Positions 1 through 13,284 of a stretch of DNA of 64,000 nucleotides are shown piece by piece. The DNA comes from Eledone cirrhosa. Taxonomy: Eukaryota. A program made the translations under genes and the position numbers. The stretch covers positions 252,154,001 to 252,218,000 of the forward strand of contig OZ024743.1 of the NCBI GenBank assembly GCA_964016885.1. The letters are read 5' to 3'. Within the stretch, counting starts at the first letter, position 1. The number at the start of each line of letters is the position of its first letter. The notes beneath the pieces are model-generated. The model was given only the letters and a program-made list of their open reading frames with translations, searched no databases and had not been told where the DNA came from.

Positions 1-316
1 TCTATCTATCTCTTTATCTGCCTGACGCGTGGAATATCGCCGGTAAGATTTTTTGTAAATTTATATACGGAAAACAGAACAAATTGTTTGAAAAAACATA
101 TCATTTTGTAGATTAACCCCCAAGCGGAATTGTCAGCTGGGTGGTAATCCCATTTTCGCCCCTTTAGCGGCGAATATTTAATTTAAAAATTGTTTTAAAA
201 AATCAAATTTTGCCAACTATAAAACAGAAATAACTCGAAAAGAGCGCTAGAGAACGTCGACAGAGAGAAGAGAGGTAAAGAGGCAGATATTAGCGTTATA
301 TCTGCTTCTGCTACTA

Positions 317-2010
317 TGGACGTCGCCATAGATACGACTGTCAACAAAGAGAAAAAATATTACCACTTGAAGATTTTAAAATTTCTACCGTCGAAGCGGA
401 GAAAAATAACACACAGCATACAGGAATTAAACCTATTAATATACATACACATGAAAAAGACAACAACAACAACTCCATAGATACATCTACACATAAAGTT
501 TCACCTCGTCAAGAAATTGCAATTTCCAACACCGAGGCTAACAACGATAACAACAACAACAACTACAACAACAACAGCAACACCACACAAGAAAAAATGT
601 CTTTCGCTGAAACTGAACAAAAAACAAGATTTTATAAATCTTGACATCGCCAACGCAAGAGATATGCTTCAGCAAGGGATAACATTTGTAACTTTCGAAG
701 ACAAGGTTGGGTTTAGAATTAACTCACCCCTCGAAATAAAAGAAGAGACAGTTCGTAGGGCAGTGACCTCAGGACTGTCTCCAATACAACGAGAAAGTCG
801 ATATTTGTTAGTCAAGGAGATATAGAAGCTACCTTGAAGGAACTTCTAGCAAATATTGACTTTCTCCAACGAGGAAAACAGTACGGAAGTGTTTCTGTAC
901 TGTTTAAAAGTGAGGCACTTGCCCAAAAACATTTTGTGACACCAATGGTGTCAAAAGAATTCACCTTTTTCCCTACGTACATGGGAAAAAGGACACAAAA
1001 AATAAGAATAAAAAATATACCACCAAACATTAACATCTGGTGGATCTTGGCTGGCTTCGTAGAGCCAGCGACTGATATGATTCTTTCGATACGAAAGTTT
1101 ATTAGACAAAGGTGGGCGGGTACTGATTTGGAGATTCTGATGTAAATGAGAATCTCCAAAATACTCGAAAAAGTCGTCATCGACGACAACAACAAAATAA
1201 ACGTTTCGGTAGAAGGATGTAAATTTCAATGCTTTCGCTGTGGTAGCACAGCACACCTAAAATCCCATGTCCTTCACAAACACACCACAACAACATCATT
1301 AAAAACACACTATTACCAACACCAACACCAAAACAACCACCACCACAAGTACAACAACAGACGAAACGAGAAAACATCAAAACAAACAGCCACTCAACCA
1401 ACAACAACAGAAAAAACACAGACAACACCCATCCCACTCCATCAAACACTACCAAAAACACACACACCTAAACACTACCACCACACAACATATCCCTACC
1501 CCACACTCCTGACGATAATTATTCATCGACAGATGAGGCTGCTTCTCCTTCTTAAGTGAAGAAGAGGGAGAGCCTCGGAAATCTAAAAAACAAAAAAAGA
1601 GACACCACAAAACCCCCAAAACTCCAATCAACAACACACAACCACAGACACAAACAACAACACAAACAACACCACAGTCAAACATCACCCTACCAACAAA
1701 ACCAACAACAACACCACCCCAAACACAAGCACCCACCATAAAAAGAAAACTCCCGGACGAACAACAAACTAAAACAACACAACAAAAACACAAACAACAA
1801 TACGCATACATCAACACAAACAACAAGCGTCTGATGGATGTCATCTCTCAAAACCCCAAGGTGGAGACGGAGGGCAAAACTTTCGTCAAAGCAGAATCGT
1901 CTCCACACCTTAAACTTATAAGGGTTTCTATGGAAACCTATAGTGACCTAAAAAATAAACCCATCAACCACGTCCTGATAAAATGTTTCCCCACCCCACC
2001 CAACACCCCT
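317..2010 (+). pseudogene. Frameshifted ORF1 (gag-like nucleic-acid-binding protein) of the L1/Tx1 element
   Basis: ORF pieces 517-825, 834-1145, 1146-1559 with a zinc knuckle and Thr/Gln/His-rich low-complexity tail; homologous to the minus-strand ORF1 pieces at 51.5-52.3 kb. Confidence 0.65.
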
Positions 2011-4535
2011 TCTCTGTTAGAGAAAAACAAAATAGAAAGAGAACTAGTAGCCAAGGTAGAGGAGGCACTTAGAAGTGGCGACGCGGCTAGAGTGTTAGCG
2101 TCGAGAACGGCACTGGACCAGTTCTTCGATGCGAAACATGAAGGATGCGTGGTCAGAAGCAAAACACGTGCTCTAGGAAATGAAGGAGTGAAAGCTGTCA
2201 GCTGGGCCCGAGTGGCGGAGGCCAAAAGTGGCAACAAATCCACGATTCGGTCTTTGAAAGACCAAAAGGGTCGCGTGCTACTTGACCCCAAGCAAATGTG
2301 CGTGGCTTTTCAGCAGCACTTTGCGCGACTGTTTGAGCAGAACGACGGTGAGCCGAACGGGGCAATGGACTTTAGTTCATACCTCGACGGCCTGCCGGGT
2401 CTCTCGAACACGGACGCCGAGTTCTGCGAAAGACCGATCACGGACACTGAGATAAGGGACGCTCTGGGCCGCTGTGGGAAATGCGAGTCACCCTGTCTAG
2501 ATGGTCTACCCTATGAGTTTTACATAGGCATGCCGGACTTGTTCTCTGGTGTCCTCGAAGCCGTCTACTGCAATTGGCAGCAGAACGGGAGAATTCCCAG
2601 TTCTGCAGGCAAGGGCGTAGTAACGCTGATCAGGAAAGACGAGAACAAGGGGGACGAAATTAACAACTTCAGGCCCATAACTCTGCTCAACACAGAGTTA
2701 AAGATTTTGGCCAAGGTGCTAGTGACGAGGTTGGCGTTTGTCGTCGAGAACCTGGTAGGGAAAGCACAAACGTGTGCAATCCCGACCAGGTACATACACG
2801 ACAACTTCCACCTCATGCGATACATCATAGAGAGGCTGGGTAGTAAACCCGGCTTCGGTGGGGCTCTGATCAATTTGGATCAGTCTAAGGCATTCGATAG
2901 GGTCGACCATCGATACTTGGAAGCGGTTCTCAAGGCGGCCCGTTTCGGTCCCATTTTCAGAATATGGATCGAGGCGATGCACACCAGTATCTGCTCGAGA
3001 GTCAAGGTGAACGGCAACCTATCTTAGCCGTTCGCAATCATGTGTTCCAGTCGACAGGGGTGCCCTCTCTCCTCCATTCTGTATGTATTGACTCTAGAAC
3101 CACTACTGCGGAAATTGGAGTTGCTGCAGAGCATCCCTCTAGAACCGGGACTGCGCAAAGCGGTGTCGGCTTATGCCGACGACGTGACGGTAATGGTGTC
3201 GAGCACCTCGGAAATCGGAGTGATCGGCAACTTACTGAAAGAATACGAAACGCTGACGGGAGCAAAACTAAACCCGGACAAGCCTGTCGGTTTGCAACTC
3301 GGTACGTGGAGAAGCAAACCGATGATGTCCGACAGCGTCGTTGGACGTTGGACGGACGGACCGGTGAAATTGCTCGGGGTCTGGTTCGGTCCAGACCTGC
3401 AGGTGGAGAAAAACTGGAACGAGGTCACGGCCAAGGTGTTTGCGCTCGCCCAGAAGTGGGCAGAGTGCAAACTGTCCTTGAAAGGTCGAGCGGCAGTGGC
3501 GAACACTTTCATAGCGTCCGTCATCTACTACCGCTTGACTGTCGTGCCTTGTCCCCGTGAACACCTCGCCAAGATGGAACGCATGCTCTTCCAGTTTCTG
3601 TGGAAGAAGCAGGCTCCGCTGGTGAGGAGATCCGCCTGCTGTCAGCACCCTTTCAACGGAGGGCTGGGAATGCCGTGGCTGATGATGCGCAAACATGCGC
3701 TGATGCTGTGGCATCTCCAGGTATTCCTCACCAACCCCCAATCGGTGTGGGCACCGTTTGTAAGACGGAGCTGCAGTCCTGGGTCAAGAAAAGACCGAAA
3801 AGGATGGGCGCCTGGCACATTGAATGCGCTCAGGCGCTCACAGTCCTCTGGCAAGGGGTCGCAGCAATCAGTGAAGACTCCACTTCGACATTCTATAGAG
3901 GGATTGTACGTTACAAGGGCGACAACGTGCTCGGAGAGACTCTGGGCGTCGAAGACGATGAGCTCACCAGTCTGTTTGGTAGGACTTTCCGCCCGGGATC
4001 TATGGACAACTTCCAGAGGTCCCTGGCCTGGCAGTGCTACCGAGGAGCTCTACCGGTCCGTGACAAGATCTACAGGCATGGACGCCCCGGCAGGGATCCT
4101 TCCAAGAGGACGTGTCCAAGATGCGCACAGGACATTGGAACAGTCCTGCACGCAATTGTACACTGCCCGGGCGTAACCGACCTGTGGAACTATGCAGAAC
4201 AACTGCTGTCGCGTAAGGGACAAATCCAGTTGAGTGCCGAGTCCATAGTAAGGATCAAACCGCCAGCCTCTTTCAAAAACGAAAGAGAGGCGGTTTTCCT
4301 CTGTACAGTGGCTATGGTGAAAGAGGTTATATGGTGGACGAGATTGAGAGGACTGAGGACAGATGCCTTTCTCTCCGGACAACAATTGATTCCCTTCTTT
4401 AAGTATCACTTTAGAAGGAGAATCAGAGTGGAGAGAGAGGCACTACACCCCAGTAAATTTACTGAAAGGTGGGTGAATGAAGCATATAATGGCCCGAGTG
4501 ATTGGGCCTTCTCTGTTTATATCCCTGCAGGTTAA
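2011..4535 (+). pseudogene. ORF2 remnant: linker, reverse transcriptase and zf-RVT/CCHC C-terminus; stop at 3025-3027 and a frameshift near 3770
   Basis: ORFs 1834-3027, 3040-4176 and 3600-4535 carry consecutive L1-type RT motifs. Confidence 0.9.
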
Positions 4536-4788
4536 AGAAGAGAGCAAAAGGAAGAAAGGAGCACTTGCACAACACGCTCCTGGAGTTGAGGGTTGTTCTA
4601 TCGACGGGGTATTAAACAACCCATTTGTGGCGCTTCCCCCCTATTGGGGATTTCGATTGTTGTAATTGTTTGTTTTATATTATTTACACGACTGTATGTA
4701 AAGTCCCCAGCATGTCTTTGTATTGTCCCCTTTTCTTGTGCGCCCTTGTGGCAAATAAAGAAATCTATCTATCTATCTATCTATCTAT

Positions 4789-4868
4789 GTAAACTTCCCC
4801 CTTTGTATTTGTCCCCTTCTTTTGTGCCCTTGTGGCTAATAAAGAAATATATCTATCTATCTATCTAT
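4789..4868 (+). mobile_element. Second, extremely 5'-truncated Tx1-like 3' end inside the (TCTA)n tail
   Basis: Diverged repeat of 4698-4764 (ctttgtatt..gtcccctt..gcccttgtggc.aataaagaaat) followed again by (TCTA)n. Confidence 0.8.
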
Positions 4869-5218
4869 GTATATATATATATATATGTGTGTGTATGTGT
4901 GTGTGTGAATGTGTATGTGTGTGTGTGTGTATGTGTGTGTGTGTAGCTGCAGGAACACACACATGTATATAACTATATGTAAGCATGTGTTTGTGTGAAT
5001 TTGAAAATATATATGAAATCTAAATACTGTTTATGTATGTACATAGGATTTTTTCCTCACCAAGGACATCTTCAAGGTAACATGAAAGCTTATACAAAAT
5101 TATTTTTTTCTTTTTTTTTCCATCAGAGGTATTTGTATTCTGGGGCTGGCATCAGTAATAGAATATACACTTGATAATATAATCCTATTATTTATATACA
5201 TACATAAATATATTTATG

Positions 5219-5293
<75 letters not shown>

Positions 5294-6223
5294 ACATACA
5301 TATATATATATCCATGTATACATATATATATATATATATATATGTTTTGGAGGGGCAAAAAAATTAGTAATGCGATATTACCATGTTATTTATTCGAAAA
5401 CAATATTCCTGGAGGCCAAAGATATATGTTCTTGAAATCACAAAAATGAAAATTGACTTGGTTTGAAGGTTGGTTGAAGGTAAGATCGTGTTTTCACTCA
5501 GGAAACATAAAAAAAGAAGCAGCCAAAAAAAAAAAAAACCTTGAAAAATACAAAAAATAAAAAAACTTCCCTTATACCATACATAAATAAATAAATATCC
5601 AAAAATAAAATAAAATGGATGCATAAATATGTCAACTAAAAATCGTTTTCCACATAAAAATTTACTCATTGACTCTTAGCTGGCATTACATTTGAGTGGT
5701 CTCGTTAGGTATGCTGTATAATGAATGCACTTACTCCAGGGTAAATATTTTTTCTGTATCACCTCAGGAGATCCTAAATTCGGCTCCCTGTATTTGGCCA
5801 ATAAGAATATTTCAGAGTATTCTACTGGAATTCATAAACGTTGTCGTTGTTGTTGTCCCTCCTTTTCATATCTGGAGGCAATGGTTTTATGGTAAAATGG
5901 TAAATGACTTCTATTGCATGTTTGTGTGAATTGTGAGAGAAATATGTATACATGTTTATGTATATGGTTTTATATATATACATGAATGCCTGTGTATCTG
6001 TATATGTATATCTGTGTATCTGTATATGTATATATATATATTTGTGTGAGTATATATATATATATCATCGTCATCATCCCCTTTATATATATATATATAT
6101 TTATATTATTTGCATTCTATGATTGAAGCAGTTTAAATTTGACTGTAGGGCTCCTATGTTTTATATATACACACACATACATATACCTCCCGACATACAC
6201 ATATATATATGTGTGTGTTTGTG

Positions 6224-6285
<62 letters not shown>

Positions 6286-6519
6286 TATATATACACACAC
6301 ATAAACTGTACAACAAATAGTGAAAATTGTATTTACACTATTTACTAAAACTTCAAACCATTTTTGACATGAGAATTATTGAGTTTCCTTTCTGAAAAAT
6401 ACATGCATTTGAATTCTCAAAAGTTTGTGGAAATAATGTTATAGTTTTATAACAGAACTCCTGTTAAAATGGAACATTGCATTACTTCCGTGGCTCAATT
6501 ATAGGGAATCTTAACCTTT

Positions 6520-6620
6520 TCATGGTTAGAGTATTGGACTCATGATGATAAGGTAGCATGATCGATTCCTGGACCAGATATTGTGTTGTTCTTGAACAAG
6601 ACTCTTAATTTCACATAGCT
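6520..6620 (+). mobile_element. Degenerate tRNA-derived SINE head
   Basis: A/B-box-like head and cttgaacaagactc core similar to the SINEs at 18688 and 41191. Confidence 0.55.
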
Positions 6621-6826
6621 TTTCGTGACAGTTCCCTAACATTAAAATACCTGAGAAACCTCTTATGAGATACAACCATGTAGGAGGCTAGTTAACTTTG
6701 CAAAGGTATAAGCTGTAAAGTTCATTATATTTCCATTTCATATTTATAATGAAATGGACTGAATTTGAATTAATTCATGTTGAATGTGAAGGGATTTAAT
6801 AAAATTACAAAATAAATAACAAAATA

Positions 6827-7036
6827 CAGGGTGTTTCAAAGACATTGATATCATGGCCTGTACCCAAGGTTGGCATATTAAAATATATATCGTGAATTAG
6901 TATTATAATGTTGACAAATTTTGAGCAATAACTCTTACCTTGCTCAAAATTAAGCCTGTCCCATCTTGTTGTCCTAGACTTTGTTGTTTCTGGATATTTA
7001 CATCTCAAATGATATCAATTTTTTTGAAACACCCTG
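6827..7036. mobile_element. Tc1/mariner-type MITE
   Basis: About 28-bp TIRs cagggtgtttcaaa..attgatatcat / atgatatcaat..tttgaaacaccctg, flanked by TA on both sides. Confidence 0.85.
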
Positions 7037-7194
7037 TATATCAATAAAACACAAAATAGAATCTTAACATTTTTTTTATTACTTCCATCTTACTGTGATT
7101 AGAAGATAATTTTGTGTTGGACCTCTGTTGGCGAGTCTTCCAGTTGATTCATAGCCTCACCACCCTCAAAGTATGTATGTATATTTACATATAT

Positions 7195-7527
7195 GAAGAC
7201 CTCTTTAGGTCACAAATGACCATGGATTTTGCACCTAGAAAGTTCCCCTCCAAAGCCCAAGCCAGAGCAAGTTGTGTCTGTGGAAGATCAGCAGTCACCT
7301 ATGCATACCAATCCCCACTTTTCAGGCTGCCAATATCATCCAAGAGAAAGGCAAAGGCCAATACAGCAAGTGACATTGCAACTTTTTTCTACAAGTGAGT
7401 GAACTGAGCATTGTGAAATAAAGAGTCTTGCTCAAAGGGACAACATATTGCCCAATCCGAGAATTGAAACTACAACCTCATGTTTGTGAATACATCTATC
7501 TAGCCGCTCGCTAAGCCACATGCCTTC
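7195..7527 (-). mobile_element. tRNA-derived SINE (CORE-like centre), decayed
   Basis: Reverse complement begins gaaggcatgtggcttag and contains ttgagcaagactctttatttcaca as in the other SINE copies. Confidence 0.65.
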
Positions 7528-7657
7528 TCTAACACATACACCTACACACACAAACACACACATATATATATATAAATATATAAAGAAAAAGAGATGAAAT
7601 CGAAAATGCAACTGGAGTCTTATTTTTTTAAAAAAATATATATATATTTATTTAGTT

Positions 7658-7695
7658 CCTTTACCGGTTTCGCAGTTCTTCTGCTTTTCAAAAGG
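7658..7695 (-). ncRNA. Minimal type I hammerhead ribozyme, U3-A8 core variant
   Basis: Minus strand reads CCUU-UUGAAAA-GCAG-aagaa-CUGC-GAAA-CCGG-UA-AAGG; stems I and II pair, stem III is the palindrome ACCGGU. Confidence 0.85.
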
Positions 7696-8169
7696 TGAGT
7701 TGAGATGGAGGGTCTGTGCACACACATAACACCTTCTACTTTAGAAAATAAAAACCCGAACTAAATAAACCTTAACATACGTTTGCACTGACAATACAAC
7801 AGAACAAATACGAATAAGTAAGGAAAATATGTTCATTCAAAAATATTCCTACTAAAGGAATCATTTTCCTACACACACACACACACACACAATATATATA
7901 TATATATATATATATATTCTCTTCATCTTAACATGCTAACCATACTCCCACACACATAACACCCATACACACACATAACAACCCCCACACCCACAACTCC
8001 CCTTCCCCATTTCTACTAATAGAACCACTTTCCTACACACATATATACACACACACACAAAATATATATTCTCTCCATCTTAACATACTCACACACACAC
8101 ACATAACACCCATATACACACACACACAACTCCCTCCCCCATTTCTACTAATAGAATCATCTTCCAATA

Positions 8170-8222
<53 letters not shown>

Positions 8223-9093
8223 ACACACACACACACAAGCACACAGATAAACATACATATCTTTACTTCAATAGAAAATCTGAACTCTGACACCCCAGCG
8301 AACTAACCATATTCACTGAACCAGAACAATTCTCCCAATCCCATTTCTCTTGACCACTATCTTTCCATTGTCATAACATTCTCTATAAAGGCTACAGAAT
8401 AGATTTCCAAATAAGGGCGCAAAAATGTAATGAAAACTTGTTCACGTGACAGCCAAATTTCATTTATAACCAATCAAATCACGTTTATTAAAAAAAGCCT
8501 TTGTGAGCCACCTTTTTTTTAAGTAAAGAAATTCAAACACACACACACACACAACACACACACACACGCACACACACACAAGCACACAAATAAACATACA
8601 TATCTTTACTTTCTTTATTCAATAGAAAATCTGAATTCTGACACCCCACCGAACTAACCATATTCACTGAACCAGAACAATTCTCCCATCCCTTTCTCTT
8701 GACCATTATCTTTTACTTATCATAAAATTCTCTAAAAAGGCTACAGAATGGATTTCCAAATAAGGACACGGAAATTTAATGAAAACTTGTTCACGTGACA
8801 GCCATAATTTCATTTATAACCAACCAAAAAAAAGTCTTCGTGAGCCCCTTTTTTCAAGTAAAAAGAAATTCAAACACTCATATATGAAAACACAACCTGT
8901 GACAACCCCCCCCTCTTATTTGAAGAACTATTGTAACGCGAACTGGCGCTAAATTTATTATAATTATTGACAAACCAATCAAATTACTTTCTCGAAAAAC
9001 CTGGCATTTCGAGCCACTTTTTCCATATAAAACAAGTAACATTCAGAGACCAACCAGATGTGAGAAAAACCACAGACCCTCCATCTCAACTCA

Positions 9094-9131
9094 CCTTTTG
9101 AAAAGCAGAAGAACTGCGAAACTGGTAAAGG
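9094..9131 (+). ncRNA. Minimal type I hammerhead ribozyme, U3-A8 variant (mirror copy)
   Basis: cctt-ttgaaaa-gcag-aagaa-ctgc-gaaa-ctgg-ta-aagg. Confidence 0.8.
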
Positions 9132-9281
9132 AACCAAATAAATATATATATATATTTTTTTAAAAATAAGACTCCAGTTGCATTTTCGATTTCATCTCTA
9201 TTTCTTTATACTTTCACTCGTGTAGGACACTTCGGTTATTTTTCATTTTGTAAAAAAAACCTCACTTTCTAATATAAATAT

Positions 9282-9408
<127 letters not shown>

Positions 9409-9427
9409 TATATATATATATATATAG

Positions 9428-9648
9428 TAATAATAATACATTTGAAGACTAAAATCCAAAGAGGGCTCGATAAGGATAAATATATATCAAATATATGAGA
9501 ACTGTAGAGCAAAGATTTATTAAAATAACAGATTAAAGTTTAAGCAAAGAATCGCTGCTTTCACCCTTAACGGGATCTTCTGAAACTAACAGTTAAGGGT
9601 GAAAGCAGCGATTCTTTGCTTAAACTTTAATCTGTTATTTTAATAAAT
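9428..9648 (-). mobile_element. PLE-like fold-back remnant with degenerate hammerhead-like core
   Basis: Perfect arms 9515-9571 / 9592-9648, ~85-bp unpaired tail, (TA)n flanks. Minus strand has CAGAAGA-uccc..gggu-GAAA, but stem I and the cleavage triplet are not canonical. Confidence 0.6.
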
Positions 9649-9665
9649 ATATATATATATATATA

Positions 9666-10095
9666 GTTGTTAAAAGAATAGAGGTGTAACACACAAGTTA
9701 TTATATATTGGTAAACGGAATAGAAAATGCTGACAAATTGTTCACAGTTGAAAAATGGTTTAATTAGGAATAAAAGAGTATTAGTGATTGCATGGGTTAG
9801 TATTCAGTTGTGGTTTTAAGTTTTTAAGTTTTTACCGGTTGCGCATTTCTAAATGCTTTTCAAAAATAATTTTGAGATAGAGTGTCCGTGCTGTTTGCTC
9901 TGATCTGAACAAACAGCACGGACACTCTATCTCAAAATTATTTTTGAAAAGCATTTAGAAATGCGCAACCGGTAAAAACTTAAAAACTTAAAACCACAAC
10001 TGAATACTAACCCAGACAATCACTAATACTCTTTTATTCCTAATTAAACCATTTTTCAACTGTGAACAATTTGTCAGCATTTTCTATTCCGTTTA

Positions 10096-10104
<9 letters not shown>
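9666..10104. mobile_element. PLE-like fold-back palindrome (~195-bp arms) with a hammerhead in each arm
   Basis: 9703-9897 is inverted at 9910-10104. Motif ttt-TTGAAAA-gcattt-ag-aaatgc-GCAA-ccgg-TA-aaa at 9941-9977 (+) and 9830-9865 (-); related to the 7579 family. Confidence 0.8.
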
Positions 10105-10144
<40 letters not shown>

Positions 10145-10145
<1 letters not shown>

Positions 10146-10357
10146 GAGAGAGAATGGTAGAACACTGGAAGGTAAAATATCCGTAGTGGTAGAGCAATCA
10201 GTCCATGGGACAAGTTAGGTAGAAGTGGTTACACAATAGTTAGTTCACAATACCGAGAACAATTGTTTCACCTTAGCGGATCCACTAAGCTGAGGATCCG
10301 ATAACGTGAAACAATTGTTCTCGGTATGGTGAAGTAACTGTTGTGTTACCTCTTCTA
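10145..10357. mobile_element. PLE-like fold-back remnant with hammerhead at 10288-10321 (+)
   Basis: Arms 10220-10283 / 10294-10357; ag-CTGAGGA-tccgataacgt-GAAA-caattg-TT-ct; ~70-bp tail; (TA)n flanks. Confidence 0.75.
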
Positions 10358-10377
10358 TATATATATATATATATATT

Positions 10378-10545
10378 TAAGTTAACGAGGTATCCTTTAA
10401 GGCAATCTATTGTAATTAAAATAGAGTGACATAGCAGTTTATGAACAGCAGTTTTTAGACACACTAGACTAATGAAACATTTGCTAATAATTTGATTAAA
10501 CCCAATTGTACAGCCGATCCATGTTATCCTTCATTCATTTACTAT
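10378..10545 (+). mobile_element. Probable PLE pLTR remnant (second copy on - strand at ~35210-35305)
   Basis: tagacacactagactaatgaaacatttg..cattcatttactatat matches the reverse complement of 35210-35300, which retains GAAAcaattgTT; ends in (TA)n. Confidence 0.5.
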
Positions 10546-10647
10546 ATATATATATAAAAATATAAATAAATAAAATTAGAATTTTATTTCTCGCCCTAGC
10601 ACAGCTGATACATAAATATTTATATATGTGTACATGTGCATAATTAC

Positions 10648-10755
<108 letters not shown>

Positions 10756-11419
10756 GTATGTATATAAGTTCATCCAGTCATAGAAAACCTGCCAAACAAA
10801 GGATCAAGAGGAGCCTTCAGCTGTGTCGAAGACATAGCAACCTCTCTAATGCTGGTCTTATGATAAAATGCACTCAGTAAAGTGCAGGATCGTATGTAAG
10901 TAAAATGCAAAGCCTTGGCCTATTTGAGAGGTAGGAGACTCACCTGTGTAATGACTTGGTCTGTGAAAACATATTCAACACTTGCTAGCATGAGAAATGG
11001 TGTTAAATGATGATGATAATCATCATGACATACATCTCTATGCACTTACAACATTTTATGCTTGCCATTTCTAAACAGTTATATATATATATAATATATT
11101 TTCCATCAAAGATGAACTATATTATAAGATGAAATCTGGAATTTATAGAAAACTACATTCATCACCATTTATGGATGTTTTATTATTTTATGCTGCCAAA
11201 CTAGTAATTTACTGACTAAGCAATTGTGTACATTGCAAATTGATATAATCTAATCAGTTTATATATTTGTGTGTGTATGTACATGTATGTATATATATGG
11301 GGTTTTCTTCGTTTAAAAACTTGAAAGTGTAATTCATCTGTAGATCTTATATTTATTATTATGGCTTTCAATGCAATGAATTGCGGTGAAATATGTTACG
11401 ATAATATATATATATATTA

Positions 11420-11703
11420 GATGAACTGAGGGAGAAGCTGGGTTTAAGAGGAATCTGAGTGTGTGTGCAGGAGAGAAGACTGCATTGGTATGAACATGTG
11501 ATGTGCATGGATGTTGATTGATGGGTGAAGATGTGCCAGGAAATGTGAGTGGAAGTAAGCTGCAATAGAGGTAGACCAAGAAAAACCTGCTGAGATGCAC
11601 AGAGGGGATGATGAAAGAATGCAGTGAGTGGAGAGATAGTGTGCTGAGAAAGACCCATCCAACCTATTCAAGCAGGGAAAATGGGCATTAAAAGATGTTG
11701 ATG

Positions 11704-11706
<3 letters not shown>
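11420..11706 (+). mobile_element. 5'-truncated RTE 3' fragment with (GAT)n tail
   Basis: ELREKLG..R..CVQERRLHWYEHV-like coding remnant and RTE 3' terminus; (TA)n on both sides. Confidence 0.75.
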
Positions 11707-11774
<68 letters not shown>

Positions 11775-11828
11775 TAAAAAAATAATGAATAAAACAATGA
11801 AACAGTTCCTTATATTAAACAAAAAAAG

Positions 11829-11972
11829 TTCATTATTTAACGATCGTTTCTGTGTTAGAATTGGCATGCATATTCAACAGATCTATGTACAAAATTATAC
11901 AAAATTATACAAACTATCAAAATTAAATATACATACCAAACACATATATATGCCGTCTTCAGAAATAATGAA
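11829..11972 (-). ncRNA. Type I hammerhead candidate with ~105-nt enlarged domain II
   Basis: 10-bp stem I (UUCAUUAUUU / AAAUAAUGAA) enclosing CUGAAGA ... GAAA-CGAUCG-UU; stem III palindrome ACGAUCGU. Confidence 0.7.
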
Positions 11973-12574
11973 ATATATTTATTGATAATAACAACAATTC
12001 AAAATTTCAGGTCCGTTTGGGAACAGAGTTCAATTTGACCAATGAAAATACAAAAAATTTTATGCAGTTTGGTGTGTGTATATACATGTAATTAACTTCG
12101 TACACATATTTACATAAAGATATATGTTCACATGCATACGCATGCCAAAAAGATGTATGCAAATACAAAAATTCAAGGCTAATGTCTCTGTAAGTTTATA
12201 ATCCACAGATAAAATGCGTATAGACACATAAATATGAAATAAATGTATACACACATTCATATACTCATACATATTCGTACACTCACACACACACGCGCGT
12301 ATATGCATAAACATACACATAACTACGAACATACATACACACACACACCCCCACACACATATATATGTGCATATAGTATTATCATAAGCATATGGATATT
12401 AATGCACGCACATAAACACTGCCACACATATTTAGATCAGGATACAGAAATTAGGTGGGAGGGGGGGAGAGGTCAGTATTCAACGGTTTCGGCAGACTGC
12501 CTATTTATAAATGTATCTATAAACTTAGAAATAAAGAGAAAAGAAAAAGAAAAAAGAAATATATCAAGAAAATA

Positions 12575-13002
12575 AATATATATATATATATATATATACA
12601 TCCACACATACACACACACACACACACATATATACATATACATATATATATACACATATATACACACATACATATATATATACACATATATATACACATA
12701 TATACACACACATATATACACACACATATATATATACACATATACATACACACACATATATATATACAAACAAGTAAAATATAAAGTATACATCGATATA
12801 CATACATATAGACATATAAATAAATACACACGCATACACACACATACATATACATACATATACATACACATATATATAAACACATACATACACATACATA
12901 TACATACACATACCATATAAATACACATACACATACACAGACGCATACATATAGAGACACATACATATACACATATAAATACATAGACACATACACACAT
13001 AA

Positions 13003-13050
<48 letters not shown>

Positions 13051-13098
13051 TTTTACACACATATACACATACACGCATACATATATACATATATACAC

Positions 13099-13156
<58 letters not shown>

Positions 13157-13219
13157 ATATATATATACACTCACAACACTCGTATATATATACACACTCA
13201 TACATATACACACATATAC

Positions 13220-13284
<65 letters not shown>

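Larger units (their letters stand above)
20..4788 (+). mobile_element. Decayed L1/Tx1-clade non-LTR retrotransposon, endonuclease region missing
   Basis: ORF1 fragments with a CCHC-like knuckle (CFRCGSTAHLKSH). ORF2 fragments with FRPITLLN, LDQSKAFDRVDH, RQGCPLS, AYADD and C-terminal CPRC..H..C. Ends AATAAAGAAAT+(TCTA)n; (TCTA)n also precedes the 5' end. Confidence 0.9.
7579..9272 (+). mobile_element. Non-autonomous PLE-like element: 140-bp inverted arms with hammerheads, about 60-bp unpaired 3' tail, in (TA)n
   Basis: 7579-7718 is the reverse complement of 9071-9210. Tail 9211-9272. Internal ~340-bp direct duplication (8237-8545 / 8580-8880). No ORF. Confidence 0.75.

Noticed and set aside
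5100-5160. Polypyrimidine tract plus CAG as a host splice acceptor
   Set aside because: No supportable exon or partner exons can be identified from sequence alone.
12474-12512. ggca-gtc-tgcc-GAAA-ccg-TT half motif on - strand
   Set aside because: No recognisable CUGANGA or UUGANAA upstream.
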